The position numbers were made by a program, and so were the translations under genes. Below, piece by piece: positions 46,116 through 55,877 of a DNA stretch of 64,000 nt (position 1 is the stretch's first letter; each line of letters opens with the position of its first letter). Location: the NCBI GenBank assembly GCA_964463175.1, contig CAYXBJ010000126.1, forward strand, positions 940-64,939. Reading direction: 5' to 3'. Below the pieces are notes generated by a model. The model saw nothing but the letters and a program-made list of their open reading frames with translations. It was not told the DNA's origin and searched no databases. The stretch comes from an uncultured bacterium. GTDB taxonomy: Bacteria; Methylomirabilota; Methylomirabilia; Rokubacteriales; DASRDR01.

Positions 46116-48818
46116 TCAGGGCGCCAGGAGCCGCAGCTCGGCCACCGACCACGGGTAGAACGCGTCCTGGCCGGTCTGCAGGACCCGCACCGCTCGCACG
46201 CGCGTCGGCGGGAAGCGCACCACCACCCGCTCGACGCCCGCCCGGAGGACATGGGTCCCCGTCCACACGAGCGGCCCGATCCAGTGCACCGTCGCGGCCA
46301 CGTCGCGCCAGCCCCCCTCCCCCGCGGTCTGGACCGTCAGGCCGCGCGGGTACTCCAGCCCGGCCGCGCCGAGGTCCAGCTCGATCCCGGCCAGGTCGGT
46401 TGGCGCCGAGAGCTCCACCTCGAGCCACTGACCCGGCGCCTGGGGCACGCGCGTCGACCACCGGGTCTCGATGCGGCCGTCCATGGCCGCACGGGGATCG
46501 TCGCCGGCCGGCGCCGCGGTCACGCGCGCCGGCGCCGCCGCCGCGGCGCGCTCGGGCCGCGGGGCCGGCTCGAGCCGCCCGAGCACCCGATAGCCCCCCG
46601 CGTCCACCGCGGTGAACCCGACGCCGGCAGACCGCAGCGCGGCCTCGATCGTCGGGCCCGACGGCGACCCCGCGGGATACACCACCGCCGCGTCCGGCAC
46701 CGGCACGAGGAACGGCAGCCGATCGAGCGGCGGCAGGAGACCGTAGAGGTCGACGCGAACGTTGTCGGGCAGCGCGAGAAGCGGAGCGCGCGCCGCCTCC
46801 ACGAGTCGCGGTCCCTCGCCGTGGTCCGCGTAGACGCGCCGGGCGCCCATCGACACGAGCGCCTCGGCCGCCGTGGCGGCGTCAATCGTGCCCGCCGGCG
46901 GAGCGTCGTCGGCCTCGTAGACGAAGAGCTCGCGAACGGTCCACGGGAACCGCTCGTCCCGGCCGAGGTGCGTGATCCGCACGAAGCGCGCCGGCCGGAC
47001 CGGGAAGCGCGCCTCGACGCGGCCCCAGCGGACACGCCCCATCGGGTGGCCGGCGGCCCAGTAGAGCGGCCCGTAGTATTGCGGGACTTCGCGCTCGGCC
47101 GTCCACCGGACGCCGTCGAGCGAGGTCTCCACGCGAAAGCCCACCGGCACTTCCTGGTAGGCGCCGGGCAGCCACGCCACCATGCCCACCGGGTGAACAC
47201 GGCCGAGGTCGACCTGGAGCCAGGCGTCCGGCGATCGAGTGGTCGTTCGCCAGCGCGTCCCCGCGTCCCGATCGATCGCGTGACCGGCGAGCTCGGGCCG
47301 GGGCGACGCGGTGGCCGTCCAGCCGGCCGGCGGGATCTCCCGAAGCGCCAAGGGCTCTACCCGGAAATTGGTGAGGAGCGGGCCCATCGCCGTCTCTACC
47401 CGGTCGAACCGGATCCCGGCGGCGGTGAGGCTCTCGACGACTCCGGGGAGAACCTGCCCCGCCGCGAGATAGCCGACGCGCGGCGATGCGTCGACACGCG
47501 CCGCGCGCCGGGGATCGTCGGCGAGGTAGAGGTGCGAGACCGTGACACGGCCGGCGCCCACGAAGTTGAGAACATCCGGATCGTGCGTGTAGACGGCCGA
47601 CAGGCCATGCTCGAGGAGCGTCGCGACGACCGCCGCCGGACGACCAAACGCCGCCCGCCCGGCCTGCCAGGCCTCCCGCGAGTGAAGCGGCGGGTGCGCC
47701 ATCACGGACGCCGCGCCCTGGGCGAGGACGAGGACCGCGCCGACTGCCGCGCCCACCGTCCCGTGTCGGCGCGAGAGTCGCGACACCGCGCCGGCGAGCA
47801 GGACGGGAAGCACGCCCAGCACCGTGAGGAGGTAACGGGGGTCCTCGGTGGCCAGGGCCTGGCCTCTCTCCGAGACGAGCACCGTCGCGAGCGGGATCGC
47901 CGTGGCGAGTCCGAGGACCAGCCGGCCGGCTCCGCCTGCGCGATGATCGCCGAGCGCCAGGACCAGCGCCACGGCGACGACGCCGAGCACGACGAGGCTG
48001 ACGGGTCGTGCGGCCACCAGGCCGAGGGGCACGCCGGCGGTCAGCGGGAGCGCGTTCACCAGGAGGTGGCCGGCGTGCTCGACCATCTGTCTCGGCGTGG
48101 CGCGCGCCACGGACAGGATCGGCACGCGGAGATAGATCACCGCGAACAGCCAGATGGGTGCGCAGCCGAGGGCGAACGCCAGCGGCGCGACCAGGGCCGC
48201 CCGCCCGACTCGGGGACGGAGAAGCGCGAGCGCCAGCGCGCAGGCGAGGAGTACCGGGGCGAACAGGAGGTTGATCCACCAGCAGAGGCCCGCGACGAGC
48301 GCCAGGACGATGAGCGCGCGCGTCCGTCCCGCGCGCGATCGCTCCGCGTCCGTCGCGGCGAGGGTGAGGAGGAGGCAGAGCGGCGTCAGCCCGAGCAGCA
48401 GGCTGTAGACCAGGCGCGCATCGCCGGCCCACTTGAGAAGGTAGGGGGACGGCACGAGCGCCAATGCCGCGGTCCATCGCCAGGCGCCAAAGACGCGGCG
48501 CCCCAGGAGCGCGGCCAGCGCGACGTGGCCCAGGACCACCACGACCGCCCCAAACCGCAGGGTCGCCAGCGAGTCGCCGAGAACCGCGAAGGGGACGGCC
48601 TGGAGGTAGCCGTCGACCGCTCCCATGAAGGTCTGCCCGTAGAAGAAGAGCGGGAACTGACCCCGGAGCACGTCCTGGGCCATGAGGCCCATCGTGGCCT
48701 CGTCGAACCAGGTGGGAACGGTGGCCGCCGTGCCGACCCGGATGGCCAGGCCAGCCGCGAGCGCACCGATCAGCGCGAGGCTCCCCGGCGTCCGGTCACT
48801 CTCGCGAACCATCATCAC
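46116..48818 (-). CDS. GT-C fold (PMT/ArnT-like) membrane glycosyltransferase with two discoidin (F5/8 type C) domains
   Basis: N-terminal WFDE luminal loop and FYGQ.FMG, about 11-13 TM segments, then AID...TRW...WLQVDLG and AMDG...TRWS...WLEVEL repeats. Confidence 0.8.
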   Translation of the reverse strand: MMMVRESDRTPGSLALIGALAAGLAIRVGTAATVPTWFDEATMGLMAQDVLRGQFPLFFYGQTFMGAVDGYLQAVPFAVLGDSLATLRFGAVVVVLGHVALAALLGRRVFGAWRWTAALALVPSPYLLKWAGDARLVYSLLLGLTPLCLLLTLAATDAERSRAGRTRALIVLALVAGLCWWINLLFAPVLLACALALALLRPRVGRAALVAPLAFALGCAPIWLFAVIYLRVPILSVARATPRQMVEHAGHLLVNALPLTAGVPLGLVAARPVSLVVLGVVAVALVLALGDHRAGGAGRLVLGLATAIPLATVLVSERGQALATEDPRYLLTVLGVLPVLLAGAVSRLSRRHGTVGAAVGAVLVLAQGAASVMAHPPLHSREAWQAGRAAFGRPAAVVATLLEHGLSAVYTHDPDVLNFVGAGRVTVSHLYLADDPRRAARVDASPRVGYLAAGQVLPGVVESLTAAGIRFDRVETAMGPLLTNFRVEPLALREIPPAGWTATASPRPELAGHAIDRDAGTRWRTTTRSPDAWLQVDLGRVHPVGMVAWLPGAYQEVPVGFRVETSLDGVRWTAEREVPQYYGPLYWAAGHPMGRVRWGRVEARFPVRPARFVRITHLGRDERFPWTVRELFVYEADDAPPAGTIDAATAAEALVSMGARRVYADHGEGPRLVEAARAPLLALPDNVRVDLYGLLPPLDRLPFLVPVPDAAVVYPAGSPSGPTIEAALRSAGVGFTAVDAGGYRVLGRLEPAPRPERAAAAAPARVTAAPAGDDPRAAMDGRIETRWSTRVPQAPGQWLEVELSAPTDLAGIELDLGAAGLEYPRGLTVQTAGEGGWRDVAATVHWIGPLVWTGTHVLRAGVERVVVRFPPTRVRAVRVLQTGQDAFYPWSVAELRLLAP

Positions 48819-48996
48819 CCGTCCATCGGTCCGCCGTCGGCCCGCCTACTCTGCCCGCCGCGCGCGGCCGGCCGCGACGAAGCCTCCAGACGATGAAGCA
48901 GCCTGGGGCGCCGCGGCCAGCAACCCAGGTCCAGCGGTCACCATTCGGATATTCTCGGGCCGCCCGGAGAGCCTCGAAAGCAAACTCTGACCCCGA

Positions 48997-50184
48997 TCAG
49001 CGGAGGTACGGGCCCAGGTCGACGCGCCGGCCCTCCGCGGCCGACAGGTAGGCGCCGTAGGTCACCGCCAGGACGTCGCGCGCGAGAGGGCCGCCCGACA
49101 GAGGCTCGCGACCGAGGGTCACGCTCTCGACGAAGTCCTGGAGCTCGCCCGGATAGCCGGTCATCCAGTCCTCGTCCGGCTGGGGGAACGTCCAGCCGGC
49201 CTTCGTCTCGATCTTCTCGGTGATGTACTCGGTGCCGAACACCGCGGGGTCCGGCGCGTAGGCCTGCACCGCGTCGTTCGGATTGATGTTGCAGAAGATC
49301 ACCGACTTCGCGGCGTAGATCTGGAGCTGATTCCGGATGCCGCCGAGGACCACGTCGGCGGCGGAGACCTGCGCGACGGTCCCGTCGTCGAAGCGCAGGA
49401 GCATGCTGCCCCAGTCCTCGACGTCCGCGCCCTCCACGGTGTTGAGGTAGCGCGGCGCCGTGGCGCGGAAGGTGTCGGTCTCGGCAAGCTGGGCGACCTC
49501 CGCCAGGACCGATACCGGCCGGACCGGGCGACCGCGGAGCCGCTGGCCCTCGTCGGCCTTGAGATAGAGGATGCCGCCGAGGGGATGGCAGCCCTTGCCG
49601 AGCAGGGATCCGCCGCCGGCCGTGACCCAGCGCTTGTTGGCCGGCGCGTGGGTCCCCGAGTGGCTCTCCTCGCCCACGAGACGGAGGATGGGGCCGCCCC
49701 CGGCGGCGAGGAGCCGGCGCGCCTTCTGGATCGGCGGCGCGTAGACCCAGTTCTCGGCGTAGCAGAGCCGCACGCCTGCCGCGTGGCACGCGTCGATCAG
49801 CGTGTCCGCCGTGGCGAGCGCCGCGCGGAGCATCTCGGGGCGCGGCGTCGATGGATCGCCGAAGAATCCGGTCAAGGGCTTCTCGACGATGACGTGCTTG
49901 CCCGCGCGCGCGGCCTCGAGGCCGAGGGAGGCGTGGACGGCGTTCGGGACGCACAGGTCCACGAGATCGACCGCCGGGTCGTCCAGGATGCGCCGGACGT
50001 CGGTGGCCACGTCCCCGACACCGAACTCGTGGGCGAAGGCGCGCGCCCGATCGGGCCGGCGGGCGGTCACCCACCGAAGCTCGACATCCACTCCCCGGAG
50101 GTGCCGGTAGGCCTCGGCGTGAACCCGCGCCACGAATCCTGCTCCAACCAGGCCCACTCGAACACGCGGCCGCTCCCCTGCCAT
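48997..50184 (-). CDS. Gfo/Idh/MocA family oxidoreductase
   Basis: VGLVGAGF, HVIVEKP, GGGSLLGKGCHP. Confidence 0.9.
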   Translation of the reverse strand: MAGERPRVRVGLVGAGFVARVHAEAYRHLRGVDVELRWVTARRPDRARAFAHEFGVGDVATDVRRILDDPAVDLVDLCVPNAVHASLGLEAARAGKHVIVEKPLTGFFGDPSTPRPEMLRAALATADTLIDACHAAGVRLCYAENWVYAPPIQKARRLLAAGGGPILRLVGEESHSGTHAPANKRWVTAGGGSLLGKGCHPLGGILYLKADEGQRLRGRPVRPVSVLAEVAQLAETDTFRATAPRYLNTVEGADVEDWGSMLLRFDDGTVAQVSAADVVLGGIRNQLQIYAAKSVIFCNINPNDAVQAYAPDPAVFGTEYITEKIETKAGWTFPQPDEDWMTGYPGELQDFVESVTLGREPLSGGPLARDVLAVTYGAYLSAAEGRRVDLGPYLR

Positions 50185-50273
50185 CTCACCCTCCCTGGGT
50201 CACGCCTCGATGTGGAGACACGTCGCGGCGTCCGGAGACATGCGGTCCCCCCTTGGCGACGTCTCGTCTGCCG

Positions 50274-50783
50274 TCACTCGGCGGAGCCGAAGTTCCATTC
50301 GATCGCGCGGACGCCCCCGTCGCGCAGGTGGAAGTGCACCGTCTCGGGAAAGCCGTCGGAGTAGAGGTACATGAGGTAGCCGTCCGTCGCCTCCTGGGGC
50401 TCGCCGAGGACGCGCTCCACCTCCTCCCGCCGGCTGCCGACGTCGAGCCCGAAGAGCAGACCCCGGCCCGGCGCGGCGATCCGGACCCGCCGGATCTTCC
50501 CCGTCGCCAGCACATCGATCACGAGCCCGGGATAGCTGAGCCTCCGCGTGGGCCGGAGATCGGCGGGGTCGAGATAGCTCGCCACCGCGCCCGGCTGCGT
50601 GTCGAGCGGCGGGCCGAGCGCGCGCTCCGCATCCGCCTCGGTGCGGCCGAAGAGGACCCGGGGCGCCCCGATGTAGTCGTCGACGCGCACGATATCGGTG
50701 GGCCCCACCGTCCCCGCGGCGGCGAGCCCCGAGACGACGAGACTCGCGAGTCCCGCGGCGGCGCCGCGCAGTCCTCGGATCAC
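50274..50783 (-). CDS. Hypothetical exported protein
   Basis: Signal-like N-terminus and two similar segments (EADAERALGPP / SRREEVERVLGEP). Start estimated at GTG 50783. Confidence 0.6.
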   Translation of the reverse strand: MIRGLRGAAAGLASLVVSGLAAAGTVGPTDIVRVDDYIGAPRVLFGRTEADAERALGPPLDTQPGAVASYLDPADLRPTRRLSYPGLVIDVLATGKIRRVRIAAPGRGLLFGLDVGSRREEVERVLGEPQEATDGYLMYLYSDGFPETVHFHLRDGGVRAIEWNFGSAE

Positions 50784-50819
50784 GCCCTGCACTGTGCCAC
50801 AGGCCGGCGCGCCGCGCCT

Positions 50820-50848
50820 TTGACGGGGCGACGGCCCGGTCCGACAAT
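50820..50848 (+). promoter_or_regulatory. Probable sigma70 promoter
   Basis: TTGACG-N17-GACAAT, 8 nt before the GTG start at 50857. Confidence 0.55.
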
Positions 50849-50856
50849 GAGGCCCC

Positions 50857-51621
50857 GTGGAGCCCGACACGGCCAGACCCATCTACGATCGGATCGGACG
50901 GGGCTACACGACGACGCGCCGACCCGATCCCCGCATCGCCGCCGCCATCGGCGCGGCGCTCGGCAACGCGCGCACGCTGGTCAACGTGGGCGCGGGCGCC
51001 GGCGCCTACGAGCCGCGAGACCGGCGCGTCGTCGCAGTGGAACCGTCGACCGCGATGGTCCGCCAGCGCCCGGCCGGCGCCGCCCCGTGCATGCGGGCGA
51101 TCGCCGAGCAGCTGCCATTCCGCGACCGGGCGTTCGACGCGAGCCTCGCCGCGCTCACCCTGCACCACTGGACGGACCGAGCTGCGGGCCTCGCCGAGCT
51201 CCGCCGGGTCGCGCGGCGACGCGTGGTCATCCTCACGTGGGATCCTGGCCCTGGTGGCGAGTTCTGGCTCATGCGCGACTATTTCCCGGAGATCCTCGCC
51301 CTCGACATCCCGCGCTTTCCGTCAGTGAGCTCGATGGAGCGGAGCCTGGGCCCGATCCAGATGGCCCCCGTTCCCGTTCCACATGACTGTCAGGACGGCT
51401 TCCTCGGCGCGTTCTGGCGCCGGCCCGAGGCCTACCTCGACCCCGACGTGCGCGGCGCGATATCCGCGTTCGCGCTGCTCGACCCCGAGCGCGTCGGGGC
51501 CGGGGTGGCGCGCCTCGCCGACGATCTCGCCTCGGGACGGTGGGAGGCGCGACACGGGGCCCTCCGGCAGCAGGAAAGCCTCGATCTCGGCTACCGTCTC
51601 ATCGTCGCCGAGCACGGATAG
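50857..51621 (+). CDS. Class I SAM-dependent methyltransferase (Methyltransf_11)
   Basis: YDRIG.GY...RRPDPR, VNVGAGAG, AEQLPF, LTLHHW, DGFLGAFWRRP. Confidence 0.9.
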   Translation: MEPDTARPIYDRIGRGYTTTRRPDPRIAAAIGAALGNARTLVNVGAGAGAYEPRDRRVVAVEPSTAMVRQRPAGAAPCMRAIAEQLPFRDRAFDASLAALTLHHWTDRAAGLAELRRVARRRVVILTWDPGPGGEFWLMRDYFPEILALDIPRFPSVSSMERSLGPIQMAPVPVPHDCQDGFLGAFWRRPEAYLDPDVRGAISAFALLDPERVGAGVARLADDLASGRWEARHGALRQQESLDLGYRLIVAEHG

Positions 51622-51633
51622 CCGGATCCGGCG

Positions 51634-52074
51634 TCAGCGGAGCCGGCTTCCGGGCTCGTAGCGCGTCTCGAGGCGGTTCGCATGGCGATGGACCAGCCGC
51701 CACTCCCCGTCCTCGAGACGGAAGACGTGCGTCACGCGATTCGACCACTCGGTCGCCCGATCGGTGCCGGCGAGCCGGACGCGCGTGCTCTCGATGTGCG
51801 TCGTCACCGCCAGCCCCGGCGCGGCCACCGCGGTGAGGTGCTCGTAGCGAACCGGGCCGCCGCCCTGGAACTGCTGAGCCGCCCAGTCCCAGCGCCGGCT
51901 CACGTCAGCCCACCCCTTCTCGTACCCGCCCCAGCCGAAGAAGGCGGTCACGTCGTCCCGGTGCGAGTAGAGCGACTTGATCGCGCTCGCGTCGCCCGCC
52001 ATCAGCGTGTTCATCGCGGCCTCGAGGCGCTCCAGCGCCCGGCGCCAGCCGTCTCCCGCGGCGTCCTCGATCAT
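51634..52074 (-). CDS. NTF2/SnoaL-like (DUF4440) protein
   Basis: GDASAIKSLYS, RVTHVFRLEDGEWRLVHRH. GGAGG RBS. Confidence 0.82.
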   Translation of the reverse strand: MIEDAAGDGWRRALERLEAAMNTLMAGDASAIKSLYSHRDDVTAFFGWGGYEKGWADVSRRWDWAAQQFQGGGPVRYEHLTAVAAPGLAVTTHIESTRVRLAGTDRATEWSNRVTHVFRLEDGEWRLVHRHANRLETRYEPGSRLR

Positions 52075-52237
52075 GGCTTCCCTCCTGTGTCCTCAGGCCC
52101 GTTCCGACGGAGCAGCACGAGTCGGATCCACCGCCGCGCGCCGCAAGGACCGGCGCTGCAACGCCACGGCTGGGACAATGCCTGCCGTGGAGTGATGCGC
52201 GCCGCTCGGCCGACGCCACGGGAACCGCCGCCCGCCA

Positions 52238-52936
52238 TCACGGCCGCGGACGGTTGCGACGGGCGCCGGTCGTGGCCGGACGCCGACGACGTCGGCCCGC
52301 GGGCGCTTCTCGCCCGGGCGCCGGCACGATTCGGTCGAGGCGTCCCCACAGGTCTTCAATCGGGAGGTGGCGGAGATCCCCCTTGAGCTCGACCTTCCTC
52401 AGCCGCTGGCCCTCCAGGGGGCGCGGGACAACCGTGAGCTGGAGGCCGCCACTGTCCCGGCCACCGCGGCCGCCTCCACCTCCCCCGCCGGAACCGTTGC
52501 CCGGGCCGGGCACCACCATCCCCGCGGCGGCGATGTGGCGCGTGGCCACGTCCGCGACGGTCCACATCGACCGGCGGGCAGTGATCGCCCGCGTTTGCAG
52601 GAGCTCACTGCCCCCCGACGGCGGTGACAGGAGGAGATAGGGCTGCACGATGACGTTGGCGTCCCCGGGGTTCCTCCAGTGCACCCAGTGCCACACTCGA
52701 TCCCGCGGGCCGAGATTCTCCCGCTCGGGCCACTGGGACACGATCTGTACGACGCCGATGAAGCTCGCGACGGCGCCCGTGAACCAGACCCAGCGCTCGT
52801 TGCCGAAGAGCTCCCACCCGTCGTTGACCCGGATGGAGTAGCCGATCTGGACCTCCCGGTGCGCCCCGAGCGAGAAGACCCACTCCGTGAAGGTGATGTG
52901 CGTGACCATCGTCTCGGGATAGCCTCTCCATGCCAT
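52238..52936 (-). CDS. Hypothetical protein (Trp-rich N-domain, Gly-rich linker)
   Basis: Strong AAGGAGG RBS, 232-aa ORF filling the gap between two same-strand genes. No family recognised. Confidence 0.65.
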   Translation of the reverse strand: MAWRGYPETMVTHITFTEWVFSLGAHREVQIGYSIRVNDGWELFGNERWVWFTGAVASFIGVVQIVSQWPERENLGPRDRVWHWVHWRNPGDANVIVQPYLLLSPPSGGSELLQTRAITARRSMWTVADVATRHIAAAGMVVPGPGNGSGGGGGGGRGGRDSGGLQLTVVPRPLEGQRLRKVELKGDLRHLPIEDLWGRLDRIVPAPGREAPAGRRRRRPATTGARRNRPRP

Positions 52937-53023
52937 CGCGTTCCTCCTTCTTCCGGCGTCCGGTCCGAGAGTGCGCGAAGGGCCCGCGGTCAGTCGGACA
53001 GGCGTCGGCGACGCACGGCGTGA

Positions 53024-53596
53024 TCAGGCTGAGCCACTGCTCCGCGCATCCTTGCCGCTCTCCCGCCGCGCGGCGGTGGACTCGAGGATCTGCTTGAGGC
53101 GTCGCACGGCCTCCGCGGACTCCCGCTCGACCTCGGCGCGGACGCTCACCCGGTTCAGCACTGCGAAGAGCAGGCTCGGCGACGTGTAGACGAACTCCCG
53201 ATCGAACCGCGTGCCGGCGCCGGACGGCGTCAGCGTGTAGGTGATCGCGCCGGCCTTCCGCCCGTTCACCTCGCCCGCGATCACCCAGCGCTCCGGGGCC
53301 TCGCGCTCGAGCACCGTCCACACCGCGCGACCACGGTGGCCCGCCACCAGGAAGTCCTCGGTCACCTGCTCGCCCAGCTCCAGCGGGTGGTCCGTCGCGC
53401 CGCGCACCCCGAGGGACGAGGGATGCCACTTCGGCCAGTTGGCGGGTGTCGTGACGTAGTCGAAGACCAGATCAGGATCGCGGGCGATCTCGACCGTGCT
53501 CCGGATCCGCGTCGCGTCGTCCCACGGCGGGGGCAGGAACAGCCCGGCGGCCACTCCCGCGACCAGGATCGCGAGGCCGATGATCCATCGCCTCAC
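53024..53596 (-). CDS. SRPBCC (polyketide cyclase/dehydrase) family protein with N-terminal anchor
   Basis: IARDPDLVFDYVT.PANWPKWHP, YTLTP...GTRF.R. Confidence 0.82.
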   Translation of the reverse strand: MRRWIIGLAILVAGVAAGLFLPPPWDDATRIRSTVEIARDPDLVFDYVTTPANWPKWHPSSLGVRGATDHPLELGEQVTEDFLVAGHRGRAVWTVLEREAPERWVIAGEVNGRKAGAITYTLTPSGAGTRFDREFVYTSPSLLFAVLNRVSVRAEVERESAEAVRRLKQILESTAARRESGKDARSSGSA

Positions 53597-53611
53597 CGCG
53601 GGCGCGCCCGT

Positions 53612-55876
53612 CTACGTGCGCAGCGTCGCCAGCGCCGCCTTGACGCGCTCCGGCCGGAACGGCACGACCCGGAGCCGGACGCCGGTGGCGTCGAACACGG
53701 CGTTGCCGAGCGCCGCCGGGACGGGCGCGGCCGCCGCCTCGCCGACGCCGAGCGGCGGCTCGTCGACGCGCTGGATCATCTCGAGCTCGATCGTGGGCAC
53801 CTCGTCGAATCGGAGGATCGGGTAGCTCGCCCAGTTGAGACTGGTGACCCGGTCCCGATCGAAAGCGATCTCCTCGTGGAGCGTGCGCGAGATCGTCTGG
53901 AGGATGTTCCCCTCGAGCTGGCTCGCCACGTTGTCGGGGTTGATCATGAGCCCGCAGTCCTGGGCGCAGACGACCCGGGTCACGCGGATGACGCCGGTCA
54001 CGCGCTCCACTGCCACCTCCATGCCGATCGCGACGTGGGTCTCGGCCTGCTTGTAGTGCACGTACGCGATGCCGCGCCCGGTGAGCACGGCGGCGCCCGG
54101 ATCGGGCGGGCGCGGCGACGGCCGCGGCTGCCAGCTCATGCGCGCCGCCGCCCGCCGCAGCACTTCCTGCCCCTTCGGGTTCGGGGTGCGCGTGAGCCGG
54201 AACTCGACCGGGTCCACCTTCGCGAGCGCGCAGATCTCGTCGACGAACGACTCCACGGCGAAGCTGTTCGCGACCTTGCCCGGCGCCCGGATGTTGGAGG
54301 TGCGGAACGGCGAGTCCTCGACCCAGTGGACGACCGCGTGAACCGCGCCCGCGCGGTACGGGGGATCGATGTTCTGCGAGATGAGGCCGGTCGCGCGGCC
54401 GAGCGGCTGGGCGAGCCCCGCCTCGGTCGGCGCGAGCAGCGGAATGTTCGGCAGCCCCTGCGTCGAGATCGGGAGCCACGCCTGCGTCTCCCAGGCCACG
54501 ACGTCGCCGCCCTCGCCCACCGCCGCCCGGAGGTCGAGGAGCTGCGGCGGCCCCTTCGGATCCCACCCGTGCTCGTCCTCGCGCATCCACTGGACCCGCA
54601 CGGGCCGGCCCACTGCCCGCGACAGGAGCGCCGCGTCGCACGCGGCATCCTCGGCACCGTTCTGGCCGTAGGACCCTGCGCCATCCAGGTATATCAGCCG
54701 GACTTTCTCCCGCGGGAGTCCGAGGATCCGCGCAAAGGCCTCGCGGTGCCGGTGCGTGGACTGGGACGGCGTCCAGATCGTCGCGCCGTCCGGACGGACG
54801 TCCGCGACGCCGCACGACGGCCCGATCGAGCCGTGGGTCTGAACCGGCCACCAGTAGGTCGCGCCGAGCGTCTGCACGCCCGGTCCGGGAGCGCCGAGGG
54901 GAGCGAGGTCGCCCTGCTTCGCGACGTCCTGGTCGCGCACGACCTTCGTCGCGCGCACCGAGTCCGCGAGCGTGAGATAGTCGGGCAGCCCGGTCCCCGC
55001 CGACCACTGGGCCTTGAGGAGCCGCGCCGCGCGCACCGCGTCCCACTCCCGCTCGGCGACGATCCCGAGGAAGCCGCCGATCCGGACAACGCGCGCGCCG
55101 GGCACCGCCGCGATCGACGCCTCGTCGACGGACTGAAGCGTCGCGCCGAGCGCCGGCGGACGGATCACGCGTCCGTGCAGCATGCCCAGGAGCGACAGGT
55201 TCTGGACGTAGAGGTGCCGACCGGTGACCTTCTCGGGCACGTCGGGCCGCGGCACCGACTGCCCGATGTAGCGAAAGGCGCTGGGCGGCTTGAGCGGCGC
55301 GTTCGCGTCGATCTTGAGGCCGAGCTGACGGTCGCCGATGAGCTCGCCGTAGGAGACGCCCGCGCCGCCGCCCTTCGGGCGGACGACACCGTCGACGACC
55401 TCGAGGTCCGCGACGGGACGGCCCAGGCGCTGGGCCGCAAGGCCGAGCAGCGCCTGGCGCGCGGTCGCGCCGGCGCGGCGCAGCTCCTGGCCGCCGCGCG
55501 AGATTCCCGTGCTGCCACCGGTTCCACCCTGATCGGGGCACACCGCGGTGTCCGCCTCGATCAGCTCGGTGATGCGCTCGATGGCGACGTCCAGCTCCTC
55601 GGCGACCATCTGGCGCATCGCGGCGCGACCGCCCGTGCCGAGATCAACCTTGCCCGTGAAGACGGTGACCGTGTTGTCAGCGTGGATCGCGAGGAAGGCG
55701 TCGACCTGGTCGGGCGCGACCGTCTTGCCGAGATACCGATCGGTCGGCCATGTGGTCGGCGGCAGCAGTTGCGCCGCCTGACCGGCCGCCGGGCGAGGCA
55801 TCCGCACGGCGAGCCCGAGCCCAACGACGAGGGCGCCCCCCGTACCCAGGAACGCGCGGCGCGTGATGGGGACCAT
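53612..55876 (-). CDS. iorB: Xanthine dehydrogenase family molybdopterin-binding subunit (IorB/NicB-like), Tat-exported
   Basis: TRRAFLG twin-arginine motif, GKVDLGTG, EKVTG, HGSIGPS, GAGSYG, RAPG...N.FA.ESF.DE, VCAQDCG..INP, LGVGE, GNAVFDATG.R. Confidence 0.9.
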   Translation of the reverse strand: MVPITRRAFLGTGGALVVGLGLAVRMPRPAAGQAAQLLPPTTWPTDRYLGKTVAPDQVDAFLAIHADNTVTVFTGKVDLGTGGRAAMRQMVAEELDVAIERITELIEADTAVCPDQGGTGGSTGISRGGQELRRAGATARQALLGLAAQRLGRPVADLEVVDGVVRPKGGGAGVSYGELIGDRQLGLKIDANAPLKPPSAFRYIGQSVPRPDVPEKVTGRHLYVQNLSLLGMLHGRVIRPPALGATLQSVDEASIAAVPGARVVRIGGFLGIVAEREWDAVRAARLLKAQWSAGTGLPDYLTLADSVRATKVVRDQDVAKQGDLAPLGAPGPGVQTLGATYWWPVQTHGSIGPSCGVADVRPDGATIWTPSQSTHRHREAFARILGLPREKVRLIYLDGAGSYGQNGAEDAACDAALLSRAVGRPVRVQWMREDEHGWDPKGPPQLLDLRAAVGEGGDVVAWETQAWLPISTQGLPNIPLLAPTEAGLAQPLGRATGLISQNIDPPYRAGAVHAVVHWVEDSPFRTSNIRAPGKVANSFAVESFVDEICALAKVDPVEFRLTRTPNPKGQEVLRRAAARMSWQPRPSPRPPDPGAAVLTGRGIAYVHYKQAETHVAIGMEVAVERVTGVIRVTRVVCAQDCGLMINPDNVASQLEGNILQTISRTLHEEIAFDRDRVTSLNWASYPILRFDEVPTIELEMIQRVDEPPLGVGEAAAAPVPAALGNAVFDATGVRLRVVPFRPERVKAALATLRT

Positions 55877-55877
55877 G

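Noticed and set aside
48819-48996. Hammerhead ribozyme or other ncRNA in the intergenic gap (GATGA...GAAA, CCTGGG/CCCAGG stem)
   Set aside because: The CUGAnGA core is not intact and the required three-stem arrangement is not evident.
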